64,000 bases of DNA from Phyllobates terribilis (GCF_046119375.1 NW_027362786.1:14632001-14696000); one strand, 5' to 3'. Positions 11,847 through 23,805 are shown, counted from the stretch's first letter. The notes: generated by a model not told the origin, from the letters alone. Numbers and translations: made by a program.

Positions 11847-12675
11847 AGGATTGGGGGGTGAGGGTCCCACACATACCATGATTGGAGGATGAGGGGACCA
11901 TACATACCAGGATTGTGGGGTGAGGGGACCACGCATACCAGGATTGGGGGGGGGAGGGGGCCGCACATACCAGGATTGGGGGATGAGGGGTACCAAGCAT
12001 ACAAGGATTGGGGGTGAGGGGACCATGCATACCAGGATTGTGGGGTGAGGGGACCATGCATATCAGGATGAGGGGTACCACACATACCAGGATTGGGGAA
12101 TGAGGGGACCATGCATACCAGGGTTGGGGGATGAGGGGACCATACATACCAGGATTGGGGGATGAGGGGACCATGCATACCAGGATTGGGGGGTGAGGGG
12201 ACCATACATACCAGGTCTGGGGGGTGAGGGGACCATACATACCAGGTCTGGGGGGTGAGGGGACCATACATACCAGGATTGGGGGACGAAGGATACCATA
12301 CATACCAGGATTGGGGGTGAGGGGACCATGCATACAAGGATTGGGGGTGAGGGGACCATGAATACCAGGATTGGGGGTGAGGGGACCATGCATACCAGGA
12401 TTGGGGGTGAGGGGACCATGCATACCAGGATTGGGGCGTGATGGGTGCCATGTATCATGCATACCATTATGTGGGGTACCATGCATACCAGGATTGGGGA
12501 TGAGGGGTGCCATACATACCAGGATTGAGATGAGGGCTACCATGCATACCAGAATAGGGATGAGGGGACCATGCATACCAGGATCCTGGTATGCATGGTT
12601 CCCTCACCCCCCAATCCTGTTATGTGTGGCCCCCTCACCTCCCAATCCTGGTATGTGTGGCCCCCTCATCTCCCA
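11847..12675. repeat. 30-bp G-rich minisatellite with inverted terminal copies
   Basis: Unit ccaggattgggggtgaggggaccatgcata repeated to 12583, then reverse-complement units from 12584. Confidence 0.93.
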
Positions 12676-12974
12676 CACTGCAAATGTGTCTTCAGTAAAA
12701 TGGCGCCGGATAGCAATATGCGCATGCACTGATTCCAACGCCTTCACTCCGCCCCCGGCCAGAATTGAGGCGCTGCGGCAACGCTCCTCCCTGTCAGGTA
12801 AGTATGTAAGTATGGTATGCGTTCAGTGTCCACACATACCGCGATTTCCGGCGCCATACACACTCCTCTTACCTGTAACGGCTCCATGCGTGCCTCTGTC
12901 TGGAGCCAGACTGCGCAGGCATGTCACGCTTGCGCAGTCTATAGAGGCTTCAGACAGAGGGATGCTTGTAGTGT

Positions 12975-13012
<38 letters not shown>
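12975..13012. repeat. (TA)n(CA)n microsatellite
   Basis: Direct reading of the sequence. Confidence 0.95.
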
Positions 13013-13015
<3 letters not shown>

Positions 13016-13308
13016 TCAAAATTGTTGGTACCCCTCGTTTAATGAAAGAAAAACCCACAATGGTCACAGAAATAACTTGAATCTGACAAAAGTCATAATA
13101 AATTAAAAGTCAATGAAAATGAACAAATGAAAGTCAGACATTGCTTTTCAACCCTGCTTCCACAGAATTTAAAAAAAAAAATAAACTCATGAAATAGACC
13201 TGGACAGAAATGATGGTACTCTTAACTTAATATTTTGTTGAACAACCTTTTGAGGCAATCACTGCAATCAAACAATTCCTATAACTGTCAATGAGACTTC
13301 TGCACCTC
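12985..13308 (-). mobile_element. Tc1-like transposon, 3' end fragment (IR/DR-type terminus)
   Basis: Terminal ~220 bp match 53430-53640; the minus strand encodes the transposase tail CRSLIDSYRNCLIAVIASKGCSTKY*. Confidence 0.85.
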
Positions 13309-13830
13309 CACGTATAGCACACAGTATATAGTCAAATCCCCCTGCTTCACATATAGCCAAGTCTCCCTCCCCCACATAGAGCATACAGTATATAGACAAG
13401 CCTCCCTCCCTCCCCCACAGATAGTATACAGTAAATAGACAAGTCCCCCTCCACCAAAATTGATACATTTAGATCTATTATTCTATCACACATCTCAATT
13501 GCACTTAAAATAATATTTAATAATGTTAACTAAGCTGCTTCCACTTACAGTTTTCTGCGCTCACAGGAGTCACTGTCTTCTTGAGGAGGTCCGGGCAGCT
13601 GCTGCACTCTGGGTAATGACTCAGCACCAATCTCAGCACAGTCTGATCCAGCTGCTACTCTCAGGTGCCAGAGAGGAATGAGGGGCCTGCTGCTGTGGTG
13701 ACCTCCCCCTGCCCCACGCCACAAGATCTCATTGTGCTGGGAGGGGGACGGGGAGGTACAATTAAAGCTGGTCGGACTGACACCTCTGCAGGAGAGCAGT
13801 CATTTACCACACTAATTAGCTCTGCACTGA

Positions 13831-14043
13831 TTGCTGGGCTAATACTCATCCATAGTGGCACATTCACCCCTTCAACTGCTGTGCTTGTGATTGGTGTTGG
13901 AGTCAGGCTCACACCTGTGTAGGAGATGTGTCACCGTTAGTAGCACCTCTACTGCACTGATGTCAGTCAGACTCTGATTCCTAGCGTGAGCACAGCAGGG
14001 GAACAAGGGAATGTGCCTCTATGGATGGGGATTAGCCCAGCAG
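13831..14043. repeat. Degenerate inverted repeat (~75-bp arms), probable MITE relic
   Basis: tgctgggctaatactcatccatagtggcacattc... is mirrored by ...gaatgtgcctctatggatggggattagcccagca. Confidence 0.6.
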
Positions 14044-15175
14044 AGCAACACTGACACACCCAAAACCTAGGCTGCAGGTATTTAAATGAAAACTGTGGAC
14101 ATGAGCCACATGCAAGACCCGGGCTGGAGGGAGTGCACCTCCCCACTGCCATCCTGTAGTTCACTCCAAAAATAAAAAATAAAATCCCATGCCATGTTTT
14201 CTTAAATCCAACATAGCCAAATAGTTTGACCAAGTCCAAACTTTACTTTTATTTTGCACTGCAACCACAGCTGTGCCTGTGACTGCAATGCACTCCTGCG
14301 GGTTCAATATGCTTCTATGCGCATCCTGGGGGATACATACTGTCCCTCGCATATGATCCCCCTCACTGTCTCACAATATATATGTGTAACACCTGTTGTG
14401 AGGCCCATGTGTGTAATTTCAGCAGAGTCAGTCTCTACACAGACATTCACAGCAGCAGACTTTAATGAACCTCTTCCTGCACTAACTTGGACTACAACTC
14501 CCAGTAGACATTGCTTCTCTCTACATCACATAGGAGGAGGAGCAACAGAGGAAGAGATGGATTGGATTAGCTGGGCAAGCTGAAGAAGGAGGGAGGAGTC
14601 GAGGCCAGTGAACATGAGGGCTGTCAGCCATTGGTAAGAACAGACAAGACCATTACAGAGTAGTCTTGAGCCACCCCCGTAGTGTTCGAGTTCGGTTCGG
14701 TTCGTCAAACACCCGTATGTTCGACGAACTGTTCGTCGAACTGTAAGACGAACACCTTCGGACACCGTTAAAACCATTGGCAGGCAAACAAAAACACATA
14801 GCAACACATAGAAAACACATAGAAAACACTTCAATGGTTTCCAAAAGCTGACATACTGCTCAGAAGACACAACTAACACATGGAAAAGTAACAAGTACAT
14901 ATAGTCATGCGAAAAGAAAAGAGGTGGAGGAGTTAAAGGAGGGGGAGACACAGATATAGGCATGTCATGCCCTTCTAAAACCAAAAAAGTGCGAAGCCGA
15001 CACGGCCAGTCCGTTCCTGCCCGTGCGACCTCGGTGTCGCCATGTTTGTGCCATAGCTGCTTTGGACCCTGACGGCCAGCCCCCCTCTCCAAATACTGGT
15101 GCCTGTCCGCTGGTGGGTCGAGCGAGCCCCCCTGCGGTGGAGGCAGGTCTAAGCTTTTTCATTTAAATTGTCTCT

Positions 15176-15442
15176 CTAATTTGAATGAGTACACTTTAAA
15201 TACTTTTACAAGGATCTATTGGAGGGCAAGTCTGATGCCAGCAGCTGCGGGAATTCCAGCTCCAGTAGCGTCCACTAATGCTGCTGCAGTTAAAAAGCTT
15301 TTATAAGGATCGAGCTCGGCAGTCCACCGCAAGGCGTCCTACCGCCAGTCCCAGCCCCTGTGCCTTGGGGTGCCTCCCGATGCTCTTCACTGAGTATCCC
15401 GGGGGCCCGAAGCATTTCCTTTGACAAAATTAAGTGTCCAAA
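15176..15442 (+). pseudogene. 18S rRNA gene fragment (helix-18 region into V4), diverged, non-functional
   Basis: GAATGAGTACACTTTAAAT..GGATCTATTGGAGGGCAAGTCTG.TGCCAGCAGC.GCGG.AATTCCAGCTCCA..GCTGCAGTTAAAAAGCT..GGGGGCCCGAAGC.TTT.CTTTGA.AAAATTA matches vertebrate 18S recalled from memory. Only ~270 bp is present. Confidence 0.93.
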
Positions 15443-15557
15443 CTACAGGTGGTGTAGCTTGCTTAACAGCTGGGATAATCCGCTGACTAGCAGACACTGC
15501 TACTAGGCACAAAGTATTTCCTGGGCTAGATGCAGTTAAAAATTTGTAATTAGATAC

Positions 15558-17385
15558 TCTCATGGATGCTGAGAAAGCATTCCATAGAGTATTCTGGCAC
15601 GCCATATATTATTCTCTTAAAAAGCTTGGGGTAGGGGTCTAGGGGACCCTTTTATAGCCAAAATCACGGCCCTGTATCGCAATACGTCACCTAGGCTGAA
15701 GATAAATGGAACTGTAGCACCCCGAGGGCTCGGTTGCTTCAGAGGTATTGCACCTCGCCCAGAGGTGTGATGTCTCACTCTCAGGTAAGGATGGAGTGTG
15801 GATCAGGACCGCGACACCTGCATGCATTACACCACATTGCCGTGGGGCAGGGCGACCAATATGCCTCTGAGATGGGCACGACAGTCCCTGTCCCTGGCTG
15901 GAATGGGGGGAGGGAACACCGAGGAAGGGGAACCCTGTAGTGCAGGAGCAGGGAGGAAGCAGTTCCTGGGTGCATTGAGAAGGGAGTATAAAAGGTGGGC
16001 ACCATCTTAGTTCAGTGCAGAGAAGTCTGAGCAGAAGTGACAGGGAGCAGGAGCTCTGCATGAGCTCTGCTCCGGAGGCGGGCCTAGAAACAGAGGCTCA
16101 GGCCTGGAAGAGGGAGAAGGAAGAGGAGCAGAGAAGGCTCCAGGAACGAGGAACGAATGGATCCCAGGGGTGCGGACGGGCGAGTCGCCACCGCACGCCC
16201 GAATCCACCTGCGTGGAGGGGTCAGGCCAAAGGGGGAGACCGGTCCCCGAAACTAGTGGAGGCGGGAAACGACCCTCAGCTAGAAACCGGAGGCTGTGAC
16301 ATTTTATGTGGCGCAGCCCCTCGCTACACCCGCTAGGAAGGCACCACATTGGGTCAGGGAAACTGGCGCCAAGTTTACCAAGAGGAGGCCCGAGGCAGCC
16401 GGACAGAAGCGTGGTCACTGGTGGGGTAAGAAAGGCCAGAGAAAGGACACACAAAGGGGGTCCTGTGAAGCGCTCCAAAGTTATCTGGGAGTTGGCTGAG
16501 CCCCTCACCTGCTGAGCACAGTACGACGTGGGCAGCCGTTACCTGCAGAAGTGATCTGGATAATAAGAACTGTGAGTAAAGGCCCTGGACTGCATCACTG
16601 ACTCCGTGTCGTTACTGCTGCTGCCCTGCACCATCACCCCCATCCTCCGCATACACTGCCCTGAGGCTATACTCCTCCCGTGGGGAGTTATACTACGCTC
16701 TGCTGCACCCACAACACCAGCCTCAGCGGTCTGCCCTGCAGCGGCGGTTCACTCTGACCGCAATCCACGGGTGGCGTAGTCGGACATTTAAACATCAAAA
16801 CCACATAAATAGTTTCGCCACTGGTTTGACCGCCCTGAGCCACGGAACCGGGTCGCCGCCACGGAGACTACAACCCCCAGCATCCACCAAAAAGGGTCCG
16901 ACTCCGGGTGTCCCAAGGCCCAGGGGGCGCGTCAGAACATTTTCATCACCTTTCATAATCACCAATGGGACAAGGCAGGGATGTCCTCTGTCCCCTCTCT
17001 TATACATCCTAGTGACGGAGCACCTGCTCTCATCAATTCGCCATAACCCCAATATTAGGTGGATTGAGGTGGGAGGCACCGAGTACAAGTGCTCTGCATT
17101 TGCTGATGATGTCCTAGTATATATCACTCAATAACATATATCCATCCCTGCTGTTATGGCTGAAATAGATCACTTTGTTACATGGTCAAATTTTAAAATC
17201 AATGCAGCGAAGTCTGAGGCCCTCGATGTTTCCCTCCCCAAATCCATACAGGATTCCATCAAGTCCAACTTTCCCTTTGCCTGGCCCTCACAGGGTATCA
17301 AATACTTAGGAATTCCTATTCATAGAGACCTCTCCCGTCTATGTTATCTTAATTTTGGACCCTTTATTGAACAACTCCATACAGA
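15558..17385 (+). mobile_element. L1/Tx1-clade LINE reverse transcriptase fragment, truncated at both ends and split by a solo LTR
   Basis: LSMDAEKAFHRVFW ... KINGT | TFSSPFIITNGTRQGCPLSPLL ... FADDVLVYI; no poly(A) tail. Confidence 0.9.
15713..16934 (+). mobile_element. Solo LTR (1222 bp), related to the 3585 Gypsy LTR
   Basis: TGTAGCACCCC...GGGGCGCGTCA; 4-bp TSD GAAC (15709-15712 / 16935-16938). Confidence 0.95.
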
Positions 17386-17501
17386 CCACGGTTGGCAAGT
17401 TAGAACTGTAAGATTCAATACATGAACCACTGGTGTTTTGTGATTAGTAATTTGAAAGCTTAAAATGGTTGGTGAGGTGATTTTAACAAATCATCAAGCT
17501 T

Positions 17502-20500
17502 TTACTCTCCCCAGGATGACACAGGGGTAGAAAAGTCGTTTCGGATCCATGATTTGTTCATCTTTATGAACGTGAGTCTGTCTACATTATCAGTGGAGAG
17601 CCGCGTGCGCTTATCCGTCAGCACACCACCAGCAGCGCTGAACACACGTTCAGACATAACGCTGGCTGCGGGGCATGACAAGATCTCCAAGGCGTAAGTG
17701 GCGAGCTCTGGCTATTTATCCAAATTGGAAGCCCAAAAAGAGCAAGGGTCCAGTGACACAGTCATGGCTTCAATGTTTACTTGGAGATACTCCTGTACCA
17801 TCGTCTCTAGGCGTTGACTATGTGTCAGACTTCTTGTCTCCTGTGGCCTTGCAAAGGATAGGCTAAAAAAGTGGTGAAATGATTCCGCAAAATTGATGTT
17901 ACCAGCAGATACTGTGGTTCTGTTACGGTTTGAGTGCTGAACACTCGACGGTCCCACGGTTGGCAAGTTGGAACTGTGAGATTCATTACATGCACCACTG
18001 GTGTTTTGTGGAAAAGCACATGTAAGATTCTGCAACAGTCTCTGCTGATACTCCTGCATGCGTGCATCCCTTTCTATGGCAGGAATAATTTCTGCAAATT
18101 TACTTTTGTACTGGGGATCTAACAGTGTGGCAACCCAGTAGCCAGGATTCTTTCTAATTCTCACAATTCGAGGGTCATGTTGCAGGTAGTGCAGCAAGAA
18201 GGCACTCATGTGTCTTGCGCATCCAGGAGCACCAAGTCCCTGTTGTGTTGGTGGCGAGGTAACAATCATGCTTCCTTCCTCTGTCCTCTCCCCCCAACCT
18301 CGCACAACAGAAATGTGATCAAGGTCTCCCTCATCTGATGAGTCTTCCATCAGTTCGTCCTCCACTTCTTCCTGGGCTCCTGCACCTTCCTCACTAGTTT
18401 GGCTGCTACCATGCACCCTGGTAAAACCATCTCCCCCACCCTCACATGCCTGCCGCCTTGGTGCTGCCGACCGTCTGGACCTTGCAGATGTTAGCCCTTC
18501 CGCATACAACTTCTCCTCCTCTACTTCCTCCACCTCCTCTTGTGCCACCACCTGACTCCGAATTCTGTTTAACATGTGCTCCAGCATGTAAATCACCAGA
18601 ATAGTCATGCTGATAATGGCATCGTCAGCACTAAACATCTTCGTCGCCATTTCAAAACTGTGCAGAAGGGTGCATAGGTCCCTGATCTGAGACCACTCCT
18701 CCAGCTTGATATGCCCCACCTCTGGATCTCGTTGGCCCAGGCTATACGTCAGAACGTATTGCACCAGAGTTTGTCTGTGCTGCCACAGTCGCTGCAACAT
18801 GTGCAGAGTTGAATTCCACCAGGTAGGCACATCGCATTTTAGCCGGTGAAGTGGCAGGCCCAACGACTTCTGTAGAGATGTAAGTCGCTGAGCTGCGGGA
18901 TGCGAATGGCGGAAGTGAGCACACAGAGAAAGTGCCCTCTGCAGAAGGCCATCTAGTCCGGGATAGTGGGCTAAAAATTGCTGGACAACCAGGTTCAACA
19001 CGTGAGCCATACAAGGCACGTGTGTGACATTGCCCCGGCGAAGGGCCGCACCCAGGTTTGCAGCATTGTCGCACACGGCCTTCCCTGGTTTCAGGTCCAG
19101 TGGAGACAACCATTCATGAAACTGGTTCTCCAGAGTTGACCACAACTCCTCAGCTGTGTGACTCACATTTCCCAGACATTTCAAAGTAAAAACCACCTGA
19201 TGACGTTGAGCCCTGCTGCCAGCATAGTAAGGAGGTGTGCAGGATCCCTTCTGCGCAGTTAGAAAACTTGTGGCATGACCAGACAGGCTTTGGGTGCAGG
19301 TGGAGGACCGAGAGGAGGTTGAGGAGGCAGAAGCAGTGGAGGAACTTTGAGATAAAGAGGATTGACGCACAACTCGTGGGGACGGCAAGACTTGGACAGC
19401 AGCCCCTTGTCCTGCTGTCACCATAGTTACCCAGTGCCCAGTCAGCGACATGTAACACCCCTGTCCATGCCTACTCGTCCAAGTGTCTGTGGTTAAATGC
19501 ACCCTGTCACACACAGAGTTTCTCAAAGAAGAGGTGATGTTGTGTGCGACATGCTGGTGGAGCGCAGGCACACCTTTCTTTGAGAAGTAGTGCCGACTGG
19601 GCATCTGGTACTGGGCCACTGCGACGGACATAAGGTCTCGAAAATCCTCTGTGTCCACCAGGCGGAAAGGCAGCATTTCTGTAGCCAAGAGCTTGCAGAT
19701 GGTGAAATTCAACCTCTTAGCTTTCTCATGGCTAGGAGGAAATGGTCTTTTACTTGTCCACATCTGACGGACCGAGGGCTGGCTGTTGTGCTTAGACGGG
19801 GTTGAGAAGGGTGTCCCCGGCAAACTGCCGGTCTGTGAGGAAGATGCAGGCGGACATGTTAGGTTGCCTTGATCTAAAGGTGGATCTATCGATGTCGGAC
19901 AGCGCTGAACACCAGCTGGTATTTCCACCTCCAAAGAAAATGATGACCTGCCGCTGGCTGTTGCGGGTAAAGAGGGGGCAGGTCTGCGTCCCAAAACAGG
20001 TGTGACTGCTGTCCCCCCAGTCACAGAGGATGAAGAGGCCGCGGATGCACAAGATGTGGCAGACGGTGGTTGGCCAGGCCAGGTAGGCCGCATTGTAGCA
20101 CAGTGAGCGTCCCACTGCAACTTATGCTTCATATCCATGTGCCAGTTCATGCATGAAGTACTCAAACTATGGATATTTTGGCCTCTACTTAGCTTTTGCT
20201 GACAAATGTTACAGATAACACGAGTTGGGTCATCTTTATCGATCTGAAAAAATGCCCAGGCTATGCAAGGCTTAGCACCCATGTGACCTGAAGAGCCACC
20301 ACGACTTGTGGTCAGAGGCAGAGTTTTGTTTGAGGATGCAGTTGTTGACGTGCTTCCAGTACTACGTCTCTGTCCAGGAAGGCGCAACCTGACCTCGTCG
20401 TCACTAGCATCCTCCTCCACCTCCTCTGCTGACCTCATCGACTGGCTGACTGTGGGTTGACAGTAAGTGGGATCTCCAACCTCGTCATCATCACCCTGTG

Positions 20501-21198
20501 TGTTATCACACCCGTCGTCCTCAGAGCCAACCTCTTCCTGCCCTGACAAAAAAACTAAAGTTGTCGCTCCAATCAGGTATTTGAGTCTCATCATCGTCTT
20601 CCTCATTGTCTCCACCAACAGGAGTTACAGTTTGGGAACTTGGGTCGACATTATGTTCAGAACGTTCTGCGTCTGGTCCTGGATCCGACTCATAAAGATT
20701 CTGGGCATTAGTGCAGATCATTTCCTCATCTGGATTCACAGAAGCTCTGGAGCCGACCTCTGATTCCCAGGCTATAGTATGAGTAAACAGCTCTGCAGAC
20801 TCAACCATCTGTTCTACCCCATACTCAGACGGGCAGCTGGAGACTTGGGAGCTGTGAGGAAGCAAGTGAAATTGGGGTGACACCTCTGAGGACTGGAGTA
20901 TTTGTGATGTTGAAGTTGAGGTGGAGGAGAGCCCACTTAAAGGAGCACTTGATATCCGTTGAAGCACCTGCTGTTTTTGTGCCTCATCTGGAATTTGTAG
21001 CGATTGGCGTGGCCGTAAGAAAGGGATCTTATCATATTGTCCGCTAAAAGACGTAGACATCTTAGTTTGGCTGGAAGATGGTCTTTCTTCTGCAGATGTT
21101 ACTGTTGCTTTAACACCTACCCCACGGACACAACCTTTTTTTCTCTTCCCAACATGCCTATTCCCCTTTCCACCAGCAGCAGGCCCTTTTCCACTCAT
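17502..21198 (-). pseudogene. hAT transposase (BED finger, DDE/RNase H core, hATC dimerisation domain)
   Basis: WAFF..C..C..H..H BED finger, TTDTWTS, CDNAANL, CMAHVLNL, SERVFS. Frameshift at the homopolymer near 20550 and TAG at 17712-17714 (likely TGG). Confidence 0.93.
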
Positions 21199-21289
21199 TT
21201 TGGTGGTTAACTAATTCACAACTCTGGAGTTGTTTGCACAAAAAACAATGGATAGGAACTGAGCAGAGCTGAGTGGCCAAACTGTGGTA

Positions 21290-21710
21290 TTAGCCCAAAA
21301 GTATTGGCTGGGTTAGATGCAGATAAAAATTATTTTGAATTTGCAACCTGGTGGAGGTTAGTATAGATGGACTAATAGAACAAGTCCCACACACTGCTAC
21401 AAGCCAAAATATTTTTTCAGAGCTAGATGCAGAAAAAAATTATATTCAATTTGCAATCTGGTGGAGGTTAGTATAGATGGACTAATAGAACAAGTCCCAC
21501 ACACTGCTACAAGCCGAAATATTTTTTCAGAGCTAGATGCAGAAAAAAATTATATTGAATTTGCAACCTGGTGGAGGTTAGTATAGATGGACTAATAGAA
21601 CAAGTCCCACACACTGCTACAAGCCCAAATATTTTTTCAGAGCTAGATGAGGTTAAAAATTATATTGAATTTGCAACCTGGTGGAGGTTAGTATAGATGG
21701 ACTAATAGAA
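21290..21710. repeat. 110-bp tandem repeat (~4 copies) upstream of the hAT transposase
   Basis: agctagatgc at 21421, 21531 and (agctagatga) 21641. Confidence 0.9.
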
Positions 21711-22956
21711 TGATGCTATGCCCAAAAGGTTTTACTTCACTAGGTGCAGTAAAAAAATTGGTATTCTATACACAGGTGGTGTAGCTTGCAACACAGATAG
21801 GCTACTCCACTGACTAACACACACTGCAAGAGGACAAAAAGGATTTGCTTTGCTAGATTTAGCCAAATGCTGTGAAAAAAACTTGCACAGCACTAAAACA
21901 GACCTGCCTGGCAAAAAGTGATAGGAACTGATGTAACCTAGCCCTCAAAAGGACTGCAATTACAATTAGTCTTTACTCCCAACCTATCTAAGAGCACAGA
22001 CCTGCCTGATAAAAGTCATAGGAAATGATGTAACCTAGTCCTTAAAAGGACTGCAATCACAACTATTCCCTACTCCCAAGCTATCTGCAGATTTGTGCGA
22101 AAATTGGCTTGAAATTAACAAAGTATAGCGCACACAGCAACAGCGGTTCCGTCTAACACGCAGCTGCAGCAGTGAGAAAATGGTGGCGACGGGGAAAATG
22201 GCTGGGTCTTATAGGGCAAGGACATGTGACATACACTGCCACTGACACATGCCCTTGCTTGTGTGAAAAAAAGCAGTTCGCTCCGTGTGTGCGCTGCTGA
22301 TAGGCTGACAGATTGCACCTCCCCACTGTAAATGCGGGAAAGAGAAAAAAAAATGGAGATCTTCATTATTTCTGCAGAGATCCATCCCCTGCCCCTCCCC
22401 CCGCCCCGCTGTACACTCAAACTGCGTATTAACATTAATTTTCAGCATTACTGAGAAAAAATCCAGTTATGATTTTGGTGCACGAACAGTTATCGAACAT
22501 AACCTCGAACAGCCGAATTTTTCTCAAATCGTTCGTGTTCGCCGAACGGCTCGAACACCGCCCAAAACAGCTCGAATTTGAGATTGGCGAACAGTTCGAT
22601 TCGAACACCGATCATCTCTGCTACAGAGCAGAGCTTGGGGTGCAGACTTATGATTTTGATAAACTCTGTGAAAGGACTGTGAGCTTTCTAATTGCACCAG
22701 AACCCCAGACTAGCCAGAGGATCCTGGAATGCCCTTCTCCTCCTGGCTCCACAGAAAGAAGGAGAATTCTGCCTCCCATCACTAAAGGATTGAATCCTGA
22801 AACCCCAGACTGGAAGACTGTGGGTCTTCAGAACAGCTACTTCAAAGAGTGAGTAGCTTGCTGGGGTGTATGGTTCCACTGTGGACCAATGTATAAAAAC
22901 CTGTCTGTAAGGGAACCTTGCTGATACTTGTGGTTCCACACCAATTGAAGCTATAA

Positions 22957-23190
22957 GGGTATGTGCACACGATCAGTGTCCACAGCGGATTGGATGCAGC
23001 GCAAGTGCGCTGCGTGCAATCCGCAGCGGCCAGATATTCAGCATAGTGGATGGGATTTATACAAACCCCATGCCCACTATGTGTCTGCAGCCCACCCGCG
23101 GAAATTGACATGCAATGCGTCTTTCCAGACCGCAGCATGTAAATTTCTCCTGTGGGTCTGCATGCGGGCTTTCCCCATAGACCTAATCTC
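22957..23190. mobile_element. Probable Harbinger-type MITE fragment
   Basis: taa followed by GGGTATGTGCACAC terminal-like sequence; the other end was not found. Confidence 0.4.
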
Positions 23191-23284
23191 TGTAGGTTGT
23201 CTGCATGTGAGAAAGAAAAAAAAGGTCAGCGCTCATTTACATAATGAGCTGAAGCCGGAGGCTGCTCCTCCGCAGCCGACGCCG

Positions 23285-23805
23285 GATAGTACAGGAGGAG
23301 CGAGGACCCTGCCCGCGAGGGCTCACAATCTACAGGGGATGGGTGAGGATACAGTAGTTGAGGGTAGAGCTGGTCGTGCAATGAATGGTGGAGTGAGGGT
23401 TACTGCAGGTTGTAGGCTTGTCGGAAGAGGTGGGTCTTCAGGTTCTTTTTGAAGGTCTCCATGGTAGGCGAGATGTTTTGGGGTAGAGAGTTAAAGAGTA
23501 GGGGGGATGCATGGGTGAAATCTTGTATACGATTGTGAGAAGAGGAGATAAGAGGGTAAGAGGGGAGTAGAGAAGGAGATCTTGTGAGGATCGGAGGTTG
23601 CGTGTAGGTAAGTACCGGAGACTAGGTCACAGATGTATGGGGGAAGGTTTCCATGGTAGGCAAGAGCCTGATATGTTGGGGTAGAGAGTTGCAGAGTAGG
23701 GGGGATGCATGGGAGAAATCTTGTATGTGATTGGAGGAAGAGGAGGAGATCTTGTGAGGATCGGAGTTTGCGTGTAGGTAAGTACTGGGGGACTAGGTCA
23801 CAGAA
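23285..23805 (-). mobile_element. L2-clade LINE 3' fragment with internal duplication
   Basis: Reverse complement matches the L2 3' end at ~56440-56775; the block gtagagagtt...gactaggtcacaga is present twice. Confidence 0.8.

Larger units (their letters stand above)
14661..22620 (-). mobile_element. hAT DNA transposon (~8 kb), composite
   Basis: 8-bp TSD ttacagag (14653-14660) / ctacagag (22621-22628), 7/8 match; degenerate TIRs TAGTCTTGAGCCA and (rc) CAGAGATGATCGG; GTTCG/CGAAC subterminal repeats at both ends; contains a transposase gene. Confidence 0.85.

Noticed and set aside
11786-12576. Long Pro/His/Trp-rich ORFs (221-245 aa)
   Set aside because: Translation artefacts of a 30-bp (multiple of 3) minisatellite.
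14491-14504. ZNF143-associated motif ACTACAACTCCCAG as a host promoter
   Set aside because: An isolated motif in CpG-poor sequence, of a kind often found within repeats; no other support.
15176-15442. Functional rRNA gene
   Set aside because: Only ~270 bp, substitutions in universally conserved positions, and no flanking rDNA unit.
22469-22852. 127-aa ORF ending at a GTGAGT donor, as a host exon
   Set aside because: The 5' half lies within the hAT terminus; the reconstructed empty site hits a stop at 14615; no recognisable protein similarity.
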